The notes beneath the pieces were generated by a model. That model saw only the letters and a list, made by a program, of their open reading frames with translations, was not told where the DNA came from and did no database searches. The position numbers were made by a program, and so were the translations under genes. A stretch of 63,020 nt of DNA, filler included, from Intoshia linei (Eukaryota > Animalia > Orthonectida): assembly GCA_001642005.1 (NCBI GenBank). It is 4 parts of 4 records of this genome, joined end to end, with 100 filler letters (N's around TTAATTAATTAA, not from the genome) between each part and the next. Parts side by side here need not be neighbours in the genome. Positions count along the whole stretch, not along the records: positions 1 to 22,169 come from LWCA01000604.1; positions 22,270 to 32,894 come from LWCA01001251.1; 2 more parts are not named here. One strand, given 5' to 3'. How positions within the stretch are numbered: the first letter of the stretch is position 1; every line of letters begins with the position of its first letter. Below are positions 12,599 through 25,571 of this stretch, in pieces.

Positions 12599-14495
12599 GT
12601 ACACAATATTCTTCGATGAGAGTAAAAACTATTAATTAGTGTCGATTAAAAATTATCAATTCTTAAAAAACATTAACACATTAGTGACCGACACCCTTTA
12701 TACTTGGTCAAACACTATAATTTTCCAAATTTTTGATTTAAATATGCACATTTAAAGAAGTGAAAAATTTCTAAGGTTTTGATATACTAGAAGTGGGTAA
12801 ACTGGAAATGACTACATGTGTAGTTTTTTACCAAAAATATTATAATCAAATACAAATTGATCTAGGGTGCATAAAAAAATTAAATTTTGCTGTTTAGTAA
12901 TATTTATCGTGACCCTAACATGCTTTTCAATCTATATATAGTAAGCGATTTTTTAAAGAGTAACTGTGTGTTTAAAAAATAATCAGATTTATAATGCCGC
13001 ACCTAGTTTCAAGCCATATGTAATGTAATTATGGTTATATTTCGAAAAATTTTCTAATTTTTCTACGTTTATATATTAAGAAGGGTCATACAATATTGAC
13101 CTCTTAATGAATTTATTAATTGGACAGAGTTTATATAATTACTTACAAAAATGAGTATCATGGGGTAAATACAACCTTTTAAGTGATTGGCGATAAATAA
13201 GAGTGGACAAATAATTTATAAATTATAATTATCATACATTAATCGAAAAATCCTATGTTTCAAAACCTGACTCAAAAATTGAATAGTTTTAAACATGATT
13301 AAAATTAAATTCTACAAATTTGGTACCTATTTATACAAATAATCAAAAATTTTACCTGTACTTTGTTTAATTTTAATTTAATCTTATTTTGTACAAATGA
13401 AATGAACGGTTACATGTCATTGTTTGTTCAAGTTTTTATTGCTACGTGAATTATGGAAATATAAATATGGAACCAATTTTTTTAACTTCCTATTAGTCTT
13501 TGTTTACATTTATCAATGATAAATCAAAAGCAACAATATATAGGCTCACAAAATATTTATTTATCATGAATTGACATTGAAAATACTATATACAATTAAT
13601 AACTGTATACTATACAAGATTTTAAAAAATTAAAAAAATTTTAAGATTTAAGATTCTATAAAATCACGGGAAAATTGTTAAAATAATTTTAACTTTTTTA
13701 AAAAAATAACCTTTTAATTTCGTTGAATTGAATTGATACTAGAATACAATAGAAATAAAATGTAGTATTACACATATTAGTTATATATGTAGGTTTTAAA
13801 TACAGTTCAATTCTAAATTCATATGATTAAAGAGCGTCGATAATGATACGTTGTATTCAAGTAATTGTTCACGGGTTAACTAAATTGTGTGACTTTCAAC
13901 TAAAATCCTAAAATCATCGAAAGATATCCTGTGTGTATTGGAAATTTCTATCTAGTTACTAGATTTAATTCCATTTATTAAATATTAATTCAATATAATG
14001 ATTCATTCCACTAAGCTACGTGAATGTATTTTAATTTTAAATTGAATTAATTCATTGTGTTCATTGATACTTGGAATAAATTATTGAACTGCAACGGTCA
14101 GTTTTATTTTAATGTATTTGCTATTAAATTCGTGTTATTCAAGTAAGAAACTTGACGACAATTCCTCAAATTATTTACTATACATAAATGCAATATAATT
14201 AATAAGTCTATTGATGATAGTACTATACTAATATAAATTTTGCTCAATTGGTCAATATTTTTCATTTCCAAGACAAAGATTTTTAATTAATGTCATGACA
14301 ATAAATTAATAAGACAAATCTTGTTAGTAATCATTGTTTACAATAATTAATAATCACAATTCAGTTACATGTCAAATTAACGTAACTGCAATATTTTCCC
14401 ATGGGACATGACTGTGAAGGTAACGTGATTGCTTTAAAAATTTTATAATAAAAATTAAAAATTTAATCAATTAATTTAAATTGTATACAAAAAGG

Positions 14496-17400
14496 TTAAT
14501 CGTATAGCGTCCACAAATTTTTTGAAAACCCTTCTTTAATGTGGTCCAGCAAAACTTTTCTACGTTTGTTACAATAACTAAAATATGACAAATTATAATT
14601 TTGACGATTTTGATTTTCCATATAAACTAGCGCACTCTTAGAACTACATATACAGTAGGGCCCACAATTGTCAAAAAGTCAATCACATTTTAACCGTTTT
14701 ATGGCACATTCTTAAATGTATTACAGGCGATAACCATACAAACTAAATTAAATTTAAAATTATTTTTATTTTTATCATGTAAAATGTAAATGTAATTTAG
14801 TGTAAATTTACACTAATTTCAACTTATATTTTATTTATTATTATTCACTAAAATTTAATTTCATTTTTGTTAGTTAAAAGTACAATTTAAATAAATTAAA
14901 AAATAAATTTTAATGAAAATTTATCAGAAAAACAATAATTTTTAAATTTTGTTGTTACAGCAAAATTTATTATCAATCTACAAAATCTGCCCAAGAATGT
15001 GCCATAAAATAGTCAAAAAACGGTGGCCTTAATGTACAGTAAAACTTGGCTACAGTGGAACTTGTTATAGTGGAAAAATGATTCTAAAATTATTTCCTAG
15101 TGATTTCAATGTTACAGCGGAATTTTCAACTTGCGTACAGTGGATAATCCATGGATATGACAATAAGCATAGTTTTACAACATTTTTAAATACTGTTTAG
15201 TAAAGTGGTGAGAAAAACTACGTACTATCAATTTTAGTTTATTTGGTGTTAAATGTAAAACCAAAACTACTTATCTATGATAACAACAAATATTTTCGGC
15301 TTAAAATTTATTCCAAATAAACTAGTGCGACCATATTTTTAACGTACTAATATTGCTTAGAAACAAAAATTTAAAAAATATATAAAAAAATTGTTTAACT
15401 AAACAATAAATAAATTGAGACATAAAGTTTATGATAAACACGAGTAATTGCTGAAAATAAAATATATATTTATTATAATTAATTATATTTATTGCTAGAA
15501 TTAATGTTTTTACAAATTTCAATATCGTTTAACAAATTTTTATAAACATAAGTACATTTTTCCTTTGAATTTTCTCGAAGTATAATGACAGATTTTAATG
15601 TTTATAAGCTAAGGTTGGAAATATGTTCTGTCCAATAATTATTAGTAACACTAAATACTCTTTCTACATATATATTTGAGCAATTTAGAGAATAATAAAT
15701 CTGGATTAATTTTTTGAATTCATTAGTATCGATAATATCAAAAATCCTTCCAAGGAGGAATAGTAGAATTTTTTTAAACATAAATCAACTGCAACAAATT
15801 CATTGAACATTTCATCTCAATTTATCTGGTTAATTAAATTTATTTTGTTATAAATTGTGATACATTTTTGTATGTTGATCCAATTAACTTGATTTTTATT
15901 AATAACAAAGTAGAATGGTGATGAATATTGAATTTGAATGGTTTATGTAAAAATATATACTATAGATACGTAAAAATAAGTAAAAGTTATAAATAAAAAA
16001 ATTGGTAACATAAAATTTAAATTCATAACTTTATTTAGTACGTTAAAAATACGTAATAAAATATAAAATAACGTACTTATGGTCGCACTAAATAAACTAA
16101 AAGTGATAGTATGTATTTTTCTGGACACTTTATTTTTACAATAAATAAAAATAATAATCCATGGATATGACAATAAATATTGTTTTTGACGTTTTTTAAC
16201 ATAACAACGAAAATTGTTTTCTAAAATTTACTTGTTATAACAACTCTATTTTAAAATCCATTGTAGCCAGGTTTCACTGTACTGTGGTCGTCTAATAGTG
16301 ATATTATCGTTGTCACGTGAAATTTGTGTCGATTATTATTACAGGCCGAAAATTGCAAATAATAACGATAAAAATAAATCTAATTTAGGTCAAATATTAA
16401 GCTGTGAAAAAAGTGTTGATTAAAATAAAATAAAAATTTAATCTAGTAAATGATTAGATAGCGGCACAAATTTCACACGATACCGGGACCTCAAAACAAT
16501 GTGACGAAATTTAAAAATAAAAAAATACTTATATTTATTCAACAAATGAATTCTGGAATATCTTTTACAGTTAATATCGTGATCCAAACAAGTGGATAAA
16601 TCTTTTACTGATTTTTCTAAATCTTTGAGGTTAAGCTAAAATAAAAATAAAACCATAAAAAGTCAAATTACTAGAAAAATGTCAATATCAGTATTTCGCA
16701 TTACAAAATAAACGAAAACATAAGAATTTGAAATTAAACGTCGACATTTTTTTAAAATGTAGACTGCCGTATTCATGATATCATAATCTTTAAAATATAT
16801 TTTTGTTTGTAATTGATTCAAAATTCGATCATATTTATTTTCAGTTTTAAGAGTATTTCTTTCATCATTGTATTTAGTATAATAAGTTGAAAATCTTGTT
16901 TCATTACGTTTATTTTGAGTCTAAGAAAAAAATTAAAAAAAAACGTTAAATTTAAACCAAAGGATTTATACCACTTGCGACGTTACAATGGTAATGATTG
17001 TTTGTTATTTTATTGCAAATCCAGCAAAATCCAATGCCACATAATGTGCAATGAACACGGACGCAACCACCCACTTTTTCAATGCTTGATTTACAATTTG
17101 GACATTTCTATCAATTTAAAATAACATTTAATATAATAATAAAATAAATGAAATTTAAAAAAATGCAGCCCAATTGGTTCGTCGAGAAAAAAACCAAATT
17201 AAAAAGTAAAAATAGTTTATCACAATTAAATCAATCAACACAATAAAAATTAACAAAAAAATCAACCTTAGTATTTGAATCAATCCATAGCGAAGATTGC
17301 AAATCCGATTTTACAATTTTATTCCATTTTTCAATCAAATCACAACTGAGTGGTTCATGATTATCTTGTTTGCAATTGAAACTAAATTATAAATTCAATA

Positions 17401-20400
17401 TTATCCTTTTATTAATTAAAAGTAGAATGTTTTATTACCAGTATTCACCTGCACAATTACATTTTATTGTGAAAATTTTACCACATTTTATTCTTGAAGC
17501 AAATGTGCAATCTGGTTTAGGACACCAACAGAGTAATTTATTCGACTACATTATAAAAAATAAAATTATTTGTAATAAGTTATTAGTAATATTACCCTTA
17601 CGAATAATTCAGTTATAGCTTTTTTGTACAAATTTTGTCGGTTTTTATTGGATATTAATTGACTAAGTTATACATTTAGTAAAAAAATAAATTTTATTTA
17701 CAGTATTATATCGTCTTGTAGAATCATGGCACATCCATTGTATAGGCACTTCATTACCTAATTTTATATTAACTAAATTATTTAAATTTATTTAAACATT
17801 TAAATTTTAAATGAAGCACAAAATACGTCAAATTCTCCCTGTGGCCCTCACACTGTCCAATTTTGTATACATTATTCATTACTTTCATAGAATTGAAAGT
17901 ATGTGAGTGATACCGTTTATTTTAAAAATTAACAGCCATATAATCTTAAAAAACCCAATATCTAATGCAGTTTTTCGCAGGTGATGTTTATATGTCTGTT
18001 TCATTTCCCCACATTGAGTCTTTCAGCGTAAAAAACCAAATTCGCTATTTTCTGTAAAAATAAAACCAGCCCTAGAAATAAAAAACACAGAATCTGCGAC
18101 CTTTTAAAATCATTAACATTGTCATTAATCTCAGCATCACAAACGTATACCTTCATGGTCATAACCACAAATTACCCTTGTTTTAAAAATGAAAAAAGTA
18201 TTAAAATTTTATAAAACAAAAAATTCTGGAATAGTTCTTAAAATCATAAGCATTTTCATAAATGGAAACCTCAAAAAAGTGAATTTTCACTATCATAACC
18301 CTAGATTACCCTTTTTCTAAAAAATAAAAATAGTCCTAGAATTTTTTTAAAATTAAACTGATATCCAGTATCAATATCCAGTTACCACACAAAAAAATAT
18401 GAATCTGGTATAGTAACGCCTTCACGATCAAAAAAGAACTTTAGTATTCATTTTTTTATTTCGAAAATATTTTATTAACAAAAATTTTGAAACAATTAAC
18501 GTTCCTACAATTAAAAAAACATTATTCTGATACAGCTTATTCCAGTTGATATATATACAAAATTTTAACTCTAAAAATCTACGCATTCCCATTGAAAAAT
18601 AATTGTTAATATATTATTAACCAATATTTTTCAAATTTTTGAATATTTTGTATTGTAAAATTAAAATTTAAATATTCATCCTACAATTTCAAAAAAAGTG
18701 AGAATTGGTCGTATACATATTTAAAATACAGAAATATAGATTTCAATTTCATAAATTGATTCCTTCTGTTTTTTTAACATTACTACGCAATTTCTCATTT
18801 TCACAAACTTTCAAATCAACAATTAAGAATCAACCTAAATTTAATTTTGTTACTATAATTTTTAGATTTATATCAATTTTTGTACATTTCAATCATTGAA
18901 ATGTATTGATTTATATCGGTTAGAATTAGAAATGCATGATAGAAGAAAAAAGTATGTATTACAGGTATTGTCTGTTATCTATTTAAAATTTTATTTTTTA
19001 TGAAAAATTCATATTACAGTATTTATGAAAATTTTTTAAGGTTTTAACTATAATTGTATAATTATAAGCAGCCAACCGTAGAGCTATCTATTTTTTGTAT
19101 AATCAGGCCTATAATTTAAAAAAAATTATGGTGGCTTTTTAAATTCAAATAAAATTTTCAACCTCAGAATCTTGCATCTTCACAATTAACAACTTAAATT
19201 ACCAATTGCAAACCATTTTGAAAAAAGAAAAAACTACATTCGATAGTTCTAGAATATTAAAACAACACAGTTCATATTTTTTATTTTTTTACATAAAAAA
19301 AATTTTAAATCAAAAAGTAACGTTTTACAGTCACTAAAAACACTATACAATTTATTTTTATGTTGATTCAAACAAAATACATTACAAGGTATAAACAAAT
19401 TACATTAATATTTCTTTCATCGAGTTGACTAGAAATGTAATTATTCCAACACTCTCGACAAGCCGCATGGCCACACGAAAGGCAAAGAAAATTCTAGAAA
19501 ATTGAAATACGTATATAAAATGTATAAAGTATCAACAGATTAAGCGGACCATGGACCAGATGTGAATAGAGGACAATAGAGATGAAAAATTTTCATTAAA
19601 TTAAGTTTTTCATTATATAATGAGTTATACCCAGACAAACTTTTGACGCAAAAAAAATATGTTATGTGTTCTGAAAAATCTGAACAAAATATTAACAAGA
19701 AAAAAAATTTTTGAACGTTTTCAACGATTTAACTGTATAGTATATATGTTACCGTCCGTTTGATGTTTCATTCATTATAAAGAATTTTCTTTAATTTTAA
19801 ATTTTTTCAATATCCATCATTCAAAAATACACTTTTATCAACCTTTATGGGAAAAATCCAATTTTACCAACCCTTAAGGAAAAAACACTTTCATCAACCC
19901 CTAATAAAAAATCCACATGACCTTAAAAAACTAAAATAAAGCAGTTGGATTTTTCTGAATAACAATTTTGATTGAACTTTACAATCATCAAATATTAAAA
20001 GATTATAAAACGAGAAATAACAAGATCACCTAGAAAACAAAGAAACAATAGAAATTACAATAAAGAGAGAACTAGACTAAACGACATGAAAATTTTTAAA
20101 TTTACCCATAATTAAGAATGTATTTCAGAAATTATTATTTCCTTAAGATTTGATAAAACGGAATTTTTTCCTTAAGGGTTGGTAAAAGTGGATTTTTGAA
20201 TGATGTATATGAAAAAAATTTATAATTAAAGAAAATTCTTCATAATGACTGAAACTCCAAACGGACGGTAACATATATACTATACAGTTGAATCGTTTTT
20301 CGTGAACCTAATATCTATCGGATACCATTTAGAAACCCTAATTTTAAATTGAATGTAATACAAACCTCTATATTTTGATCTGTACAACAAACGAAACATT

Positions 20401-21542
20401 CGTATTCTTTTTCATTGAGTTTATATTTTTGTGTGAAATTTTTGTTCTGAATTCATTACACTATAAATAACTTAATAATATCAACCATTTTTGATATTGA
20501 TTTTATATTATCAACGATAGCGTCTTCGAGTCCAACATTTTTAATAAATTGATCATAATTTGAATAATATCTATGCAAAAGTGTATAAAGATAATTTTAA
20601 TAATTACTGATCTAAACAATAGTTAATATCCCAATTAGAATAGTTCAATATTGCTCGATTATAAACTGAAGGTTTCTATATAATAGAATTGAAATATAAT
20701 GATAAGCTACCAAGCTCGAGGCCACCCGAAGATGACAAATAGGCCCTAAACATTTTTATGACCTGGAGCATGATCCATTTCTCTATATATATCATATATA
20801 AAAATCAGTTTAATGTGGCTCAACACACAAAAAATACCTGAATTACATCACACAAAAGTGCTATTTTGTCGTTCATAAGTTTCAATACATCCTACATAAA
20901 TGTTAATGTTTTACTTTATAGGTTAAGTAGACTGTTATGTACTACGTACAAACAGCATCTAGATCTGCCGGGACACATTTTTATTCTACCAAAAAAATAC
21001 ATTCAATAAGAAAATCTAACTTAAAAGTGATACTATTCAGTGAAGGTTAATTCACTATTATCAATCCTTTAAATAAAGCATTGTAATAAATATAAATATG
21101 ATAATAAAAAAGTTGTACTTTTAGTATTTCGTTGTTGTAGTTTTATTTTAAATGAAGTGGCCAGAAAAATACGTACTATCACTTTTAGTTTATTTGGAAT
21201 AAATTTTAATTTTTTTCGAAAATTTTTATTTGTCATCATAGATAAATAGTTTTGTCTTCACATTTATCACCAAATAAACTAAAATTGATAGTACGTATTT
21301 TTTCTGGTCACTTTATTTTAAAAGAAAATTTTTTGAAAATGAGAATTTGAGAATCAAAAATTGCGTAGCAATGAAAAAATATCGGAAAAATTCAATACAC
21401 ATTTTTTTTGATTCTCTAAAATTTATTTTGTATAACAAAACTGTAAAAATAAATTTAAATTAGCTGTACTGTACTAGATTAGATATGAAAAATTAACCTC
21501 ACTGGACAAAATATTTATGTCCTGCATTTCGTTTTCAATCAT
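14496..21542 (-). CDS. ARIH1: Ariadne-family RBR E3 ubiquitin ligase (ARIH1-like), multi-exon
   Basis: Spliced translation gives UBA-like KPSVYNRAILNYSNWD, RING1 ECFVCC...CGHAACRECW...KCLYNGC, IBR WCPKPDC...KCNCAGEYCFNCKQDNHEPLSC, RING2 KCPNCKSSIEKVGGCVRVHCTLCGIGFCWIC and Ariadne domain TAVYILKKCRRLISNSYVFVYF. Last exon 14577-14496 reads YCNKRRKVLLDHIKEGFSKNLWTLYD*. The ORF track misses it because the exons are small. Confidence 0.9.
14653..15034. mobile_element. TA-flanked MITE
   Basis: TA-CAGTAGGGCCCAC ... GTGGCCTTAATG-TA, plus an exact internal inverted repeat TTTTATGGCACATTCTT / AAGAATGTGCCATAAAA. Confidence 0.6.
15201..16132. mobile_element. Kolobok-like MITE (family also at ~21153-21315 and ~48447-48586)
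   Basis: Long TIR AAGTGGCCAGAAAAATACGTACTATCACTTTTAGTTTATTT. The 48447 copy starts TTAA-AGTG, consistent with a TTAA TSD and RR terminus. Confidence 0.6.
15323..16090 (-). mobile_element. Internally deleted hAT element with C-terminal dimerisation-domain relic
   Basis: TIR TAGTGCGACCATA / TATGGTCGCACTA with a 7-8 bp TSD (A)AATAAAC. Minus strand reads LNCSNIYVERVFSVTNNYWTE...KTLKSVIILREN (frameshifted). Confidence 0.75.
17885..18790 (+). mobile_element. Helitron-family copy (partial) in an ARIH1-like intron; a 3'-end fragment also at ~20925-21148
   Basis: Reverse-complement match to the 6326-7698 and 33828-34850 bodies (ATTATTCTGATACAGCTTATTCCAGTTGATA). Confidence 0.7.
19723..20297. mobile_element. 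Foldback/MITE with ~150-bp terminal inverted repeats
   Basis: AACTGTATAGTATATATGTTACCGTCCGTTTG... is mirrored by ...CAAACGGACGGTAACATATATACTATACAGTT, with similarity continuing inward. Confidence 0.85.
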
Positions 21543-22169
21543 GGTACAACTTATTCAAATTCAAAAAACTATCATTTACTTACATTCATATTGGTAAACA
21601 TAAAATTTATTTAGTTTATGATTATTGTAACTATTTAAATGGGTTACTTTGAATATTAGCCTTTCGTACAATTTATTACAATTGTATTTAGGTTCGACTA
21701 AACTAAATATTTGTGTCATTGATAGAGTTGTTTTATTATTTATACATTATGTTGCATTTATATTTGCTAAATTTCTTATCTCTTGGTAGGTTTATTTGTA
21801 TGTACATTGTACAATTCATTACAAGATATTAAAAGTCGTAAATAATCTTTTAAAACGTTAAGATTACTTTTTTCCAAACTTCAATGAAGGAATCAATTCA
21901 TTAGATTTACACACATACAATATATCTCTCTATTAGAAATATGTACATCAATCATCTTCAATGCACATTTTTTTTAACCCTTACATACATTGAATATAAT
22001 TAAAAATGAATTTATGGCATAGCTGTTAATTCTGTTCAAATTTAGCAAAAATTAAGCACAATTTTTATGTAAAATTTGCTCATAAAATATTAGTACAAAG
22101 TCATAAGTATGTCTATAACTATTTAAAATTTAAAAAGAACATTTAGTTGAAAAAATAAATTTAAACCAA

Positions 22170-22269
22170 NNNNNNNNNNNNNNNNNNNNNNNNNNNNNNN
22201 NNNNNNNNNNNNNTTAATTAATTAANNNNNNNNNNNNNNNNNNNNNNNNNNNNNNNNNNNNNNNNNNNN
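22170..22269. other. Assembly gap spacer
   Basis: 44 N + TTAATTAATTAA + 44 N, an artificial six-frame-stop linker. Confidence 0.97.
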
Positions 22270-23046
22270 GGCGATTAATTAGAGCGGCTTCGAATTCCCA
22301 AGCATCAGCCAGTAATTTAAGATTACAAACAGATCTAAATAATGTCAGTGTAAGAATTATTAGACGAGAATTATCCAGAAGCTCAAATATTGTTAGGTAT
22401 AAATTAAAAAAAAGTCCACACCTAACTCAGCGACACAAAGACAATCGGCTAAATTTTAATAGATTAAACATGTCTACGAATTGGTCCAGTGTCTTCTTTT
22501 CAGATGAGAAAAGATTTAAATTAGATGGACCCGACGGTTTCTCTCACTATTGGCATGATTTAAGAAAAAAACATTATTTAGAATGTCACGCCAATGTGGT
22601 GGCGGTGGGATTATGATATGGGCAGCTTTTGGAAAAAATGGGAAGAGCTCAATATGCTTCGTAAATCGAAATATAAATTCCAGATGTTACATTGATTTTT
22701 GGAACAATATCTACTACCTCATAGCAATAAATTTACTTTGTTCCATCAGGATAATGCATCGATACATGCGTCAAGGGAAACAATGTGGATTTCTTCAAAA
22801 GGAATTAATGTTTTACAGTGCCCATCCTGCTTTCCTGATTTAAACCCCATTGAAAAAATCTGGGGTATAATTTCTAGAAGCATATATTTCGAAGGTAAAC
22901 ATTATTCAAACCTTAAACATCTTAAAGAAACTATTATCGTCGCATGGAATTGCATCGGTCAAGATACTATGAATTCTTTGATAAACAGTAGGAATTATAG
23001 ATTATTTGAAGTAATTTATGGAAAAGGATGTATAACTAGATATTAA
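22270..23046 (+). pseudogene. Tc1/mariner (Tc3-like) transposase, frameshifted and 5'-truncated by the gap
   Basis: WSSVFFSDEKRFKLDGPDGFSHYWHDLRK, GGGGIMIWAAF and HQDNASIH...PDLNPIEKIWG are spread over different frames. Confidence 0.9.
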
Positions 23047-23466
23047 ATAAAAATTAGCAATTTTTCGTAGTCCTAAATATATTTTTTACTCTAAATCGTT
23101 GTTATAAAGCATTTTTGTCTACTATTAATTTAAATCTTATTTATTAGAAAAAGTTTTTTATTTTATATTTTTTTGTTTCTACTATGTTTTAAATTCAAAT
23201 TTACATATTACTAAAAAAAATTAGCGAATTATAAGTATTAGTTGAATTTTTAACACATCGTTCTACTTGACACATCACCTTATTGGGTTTTTTTAGTGTT
23301 TTATATTTATTGTCACTTTGTTCTGTTCTGTCGAACAATTACAAGTTAGGAATGATACATCATCAATTAATTTGTTATGCACCATCAAGTAATTATTTAG
23401 TCATAGATACAAAATGGATAGCGCCAATTTGAAAATTTAAACTTAATAGTGAATTTTAATTTTATA

Positions 23467-25571
23467 ATGGGAATTAGTGGTTTGTTAGGATACACAAAAT
23501 CGGCACAGAGAAAAACCCATTTAAGAAAATTTAGTGGAATGACGGCTGGAATAGATGCAAATGTTTGGTTATATCGTGGAGCATTTTCTTGTGCACAAAA
23601 ATTGGCACTAAATGAAGAAACAGACAGGTAATTAGGAGATAACATGTAGATAAATAATATTTCTAGATATATTGTTTACTGTATGAAGTACGTGGATTTA
23701 CTTATTCATTATAGGATAAAACCAATCCTAGTATTTGATGGTGCGCATCTACCTATTAAAGAAGAAACAAATAAAGCTAGGACCGCGTAAATGTTTTAAT
23801 TGTAGATAAAGACAGATCAGGATTCTAAATTTTTGTTAAATTTATGTAGTTATTTGAAATTTACAGTTTAAAACCTGATGTACCATAAATGTTGATATTA
23901 TGCAACAAATGGATTAAAACTTTTACAGCATTAGTTGCAGTCCGATAAATTTTTAAATATTAACATTGCAAATACGACGGAAATTTTTTTTAGTTATGAC
24001 CATAAAACATTTACTTTTTCATGGCCACTTAACATTTAGTAAATTTTTTTTTACTTAATCCTGAAAGAACGATAAAAAAGTAAAGTATACTGGATTATTC
24101 ACCAAATGTATAATTAAAAATCCGTAACGGAAATAATAATTTCAACCGTTCTGTTACCGGGATGCACCACTTTAATATTTGTGATATCTGCAAGTTTAAG
24201 CAAACTAGTAATTAAAGCTGTCAAATTGTGGAATATTAAAAACACTTTTTACCTGTAAAAATACTTGTTTAGCCAAAAAATTACAAATAAAGCTTTGGGT
24301 CTCAAATTATATAAAAAAGGAAATAAACGTGAAGCCTACGAATTATTTCAGAGGTGTTTGAATGTGACTATAGAAATGATTAACGAATTAATCAAGGTAC
24401 CATTTTAATCTAACGGTAAAAACTAACAATTAAGGTTTTACAAGAGCGAGGTATTGACTATATTGTATCTCCGTATGAATCTGATGCTCAGTTGACGTTC
24501 ATGTCTAATAGCGGAATGATAGATTTTGTTATTACAGAAGATTCCGATATGATAGTTTATGGAGCAAAGCAAGTTTATATCATTTAATTTTTATTTTATA
24601 TTTATTTATTAGGTTTTTTATAAGTTAGATTCTGATGGTTATGGCACTTTGTATGATTCTAAATTACTTTACAAATGTATGGATTTACCAAAAAAAACAC
24701 CATTTGAAATAGTTTTGACTAAAGTTCGTCGAATGTGTTTGTTATGTGGTTGTGATTATGTAAAAAGTTTACCTGGTATTGGTATGAAGCGCGCGGAAAA
24801 AATTGTCAAGCTAAACAAACACGAAAATTTAAATGAGGTAATATAAATAGTAACTTTAAAATAAAATACTTAATTTTAGTTTTTACATTGCATACCAAGT
24901 ATTTTAACAAAACCAAAAGTAGATATTACTGCATTTTATGTAAATAATGTTCAAGAGTCTGAATTTACATTTTTACATCAAATTGTTTTTGATGTAGTTA
25001 ATCGTATACAAATACCTCTTAATCCTTACAATGAAAAATATGATAATGTTGAATTTTCAGGGATTATACAAGATCCCAATTTAGCAGTTAAATTGGCATT
25101 TGCTAACGTAAATACAAAAAATGAATTGACAAATAGTTTTACTATTGAAAATCATGTATTGTTATAAATTATAATTATTGATTCTGTAAGCTAATTTAAC
25201 ATTTTAGATTTCCAAGTTTAAAAAATATAAAAGCATTTGGAATCCACTTTATGGTAAGAAAGAAAACCTAAAACGCAAAATACTGGGAGAAGTGAATGAT
25301 ACCAATCAAAATAAATCTGCTTGCAATGACAGTGATAATGTTAAATCTACTAGCGAGTTGTGAAAAATTTTAATGTTATTAATGTTATTTAGGTATTTTG
25401 AAAAATATAAAGTTCAAGAAGGTACTCCAAAAAAAGTTAAAATTTTGAATAAGCAGATCACAAACGAGTTTTTAAAGAAAACGGGTAATTAATTTAAATT
25501 AATTTAATTACCCAATTATTTATTTAGCCAAAATGACCCAAAAACGGTACAATTTGAGAAATTTATTGTAA
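23467..25571 (+). CDS. EXO1: Exonuclease 1 (XPG/Rad2 family), about 9 exons
   Basis: MGISGLL..., AGIDANVWLYRGAFSCA, IKPILVFDGAHLPIK, IVSPYESDAQL, VITEDSDMIVYG, MCLLCGCDYVKSLPGIGMKRA, FLHQIVFD and SIW. All joined by GT-AG introns. The last two exons are less certain. Confidence 0.93.

Larger units (their letters stand above)
15037..16279. mobile_element. Tigger/pogo-like MITE hosting two nested elements
   Basis: TA-CAGTAAAACTTGGCTACAGTGGA ... TCCATTGTAGCCAGGTTTCACTG-TA. Confidence 0.75.

Noticed and set aside
22214-22225. TTAATTAATTAA islands within N runs (also 32939-32950 and 48177-48188)
   Set aside because: Identical artificial linkers in 100-bp spacers. Not biological, and adjacency across them is not guaranteed.
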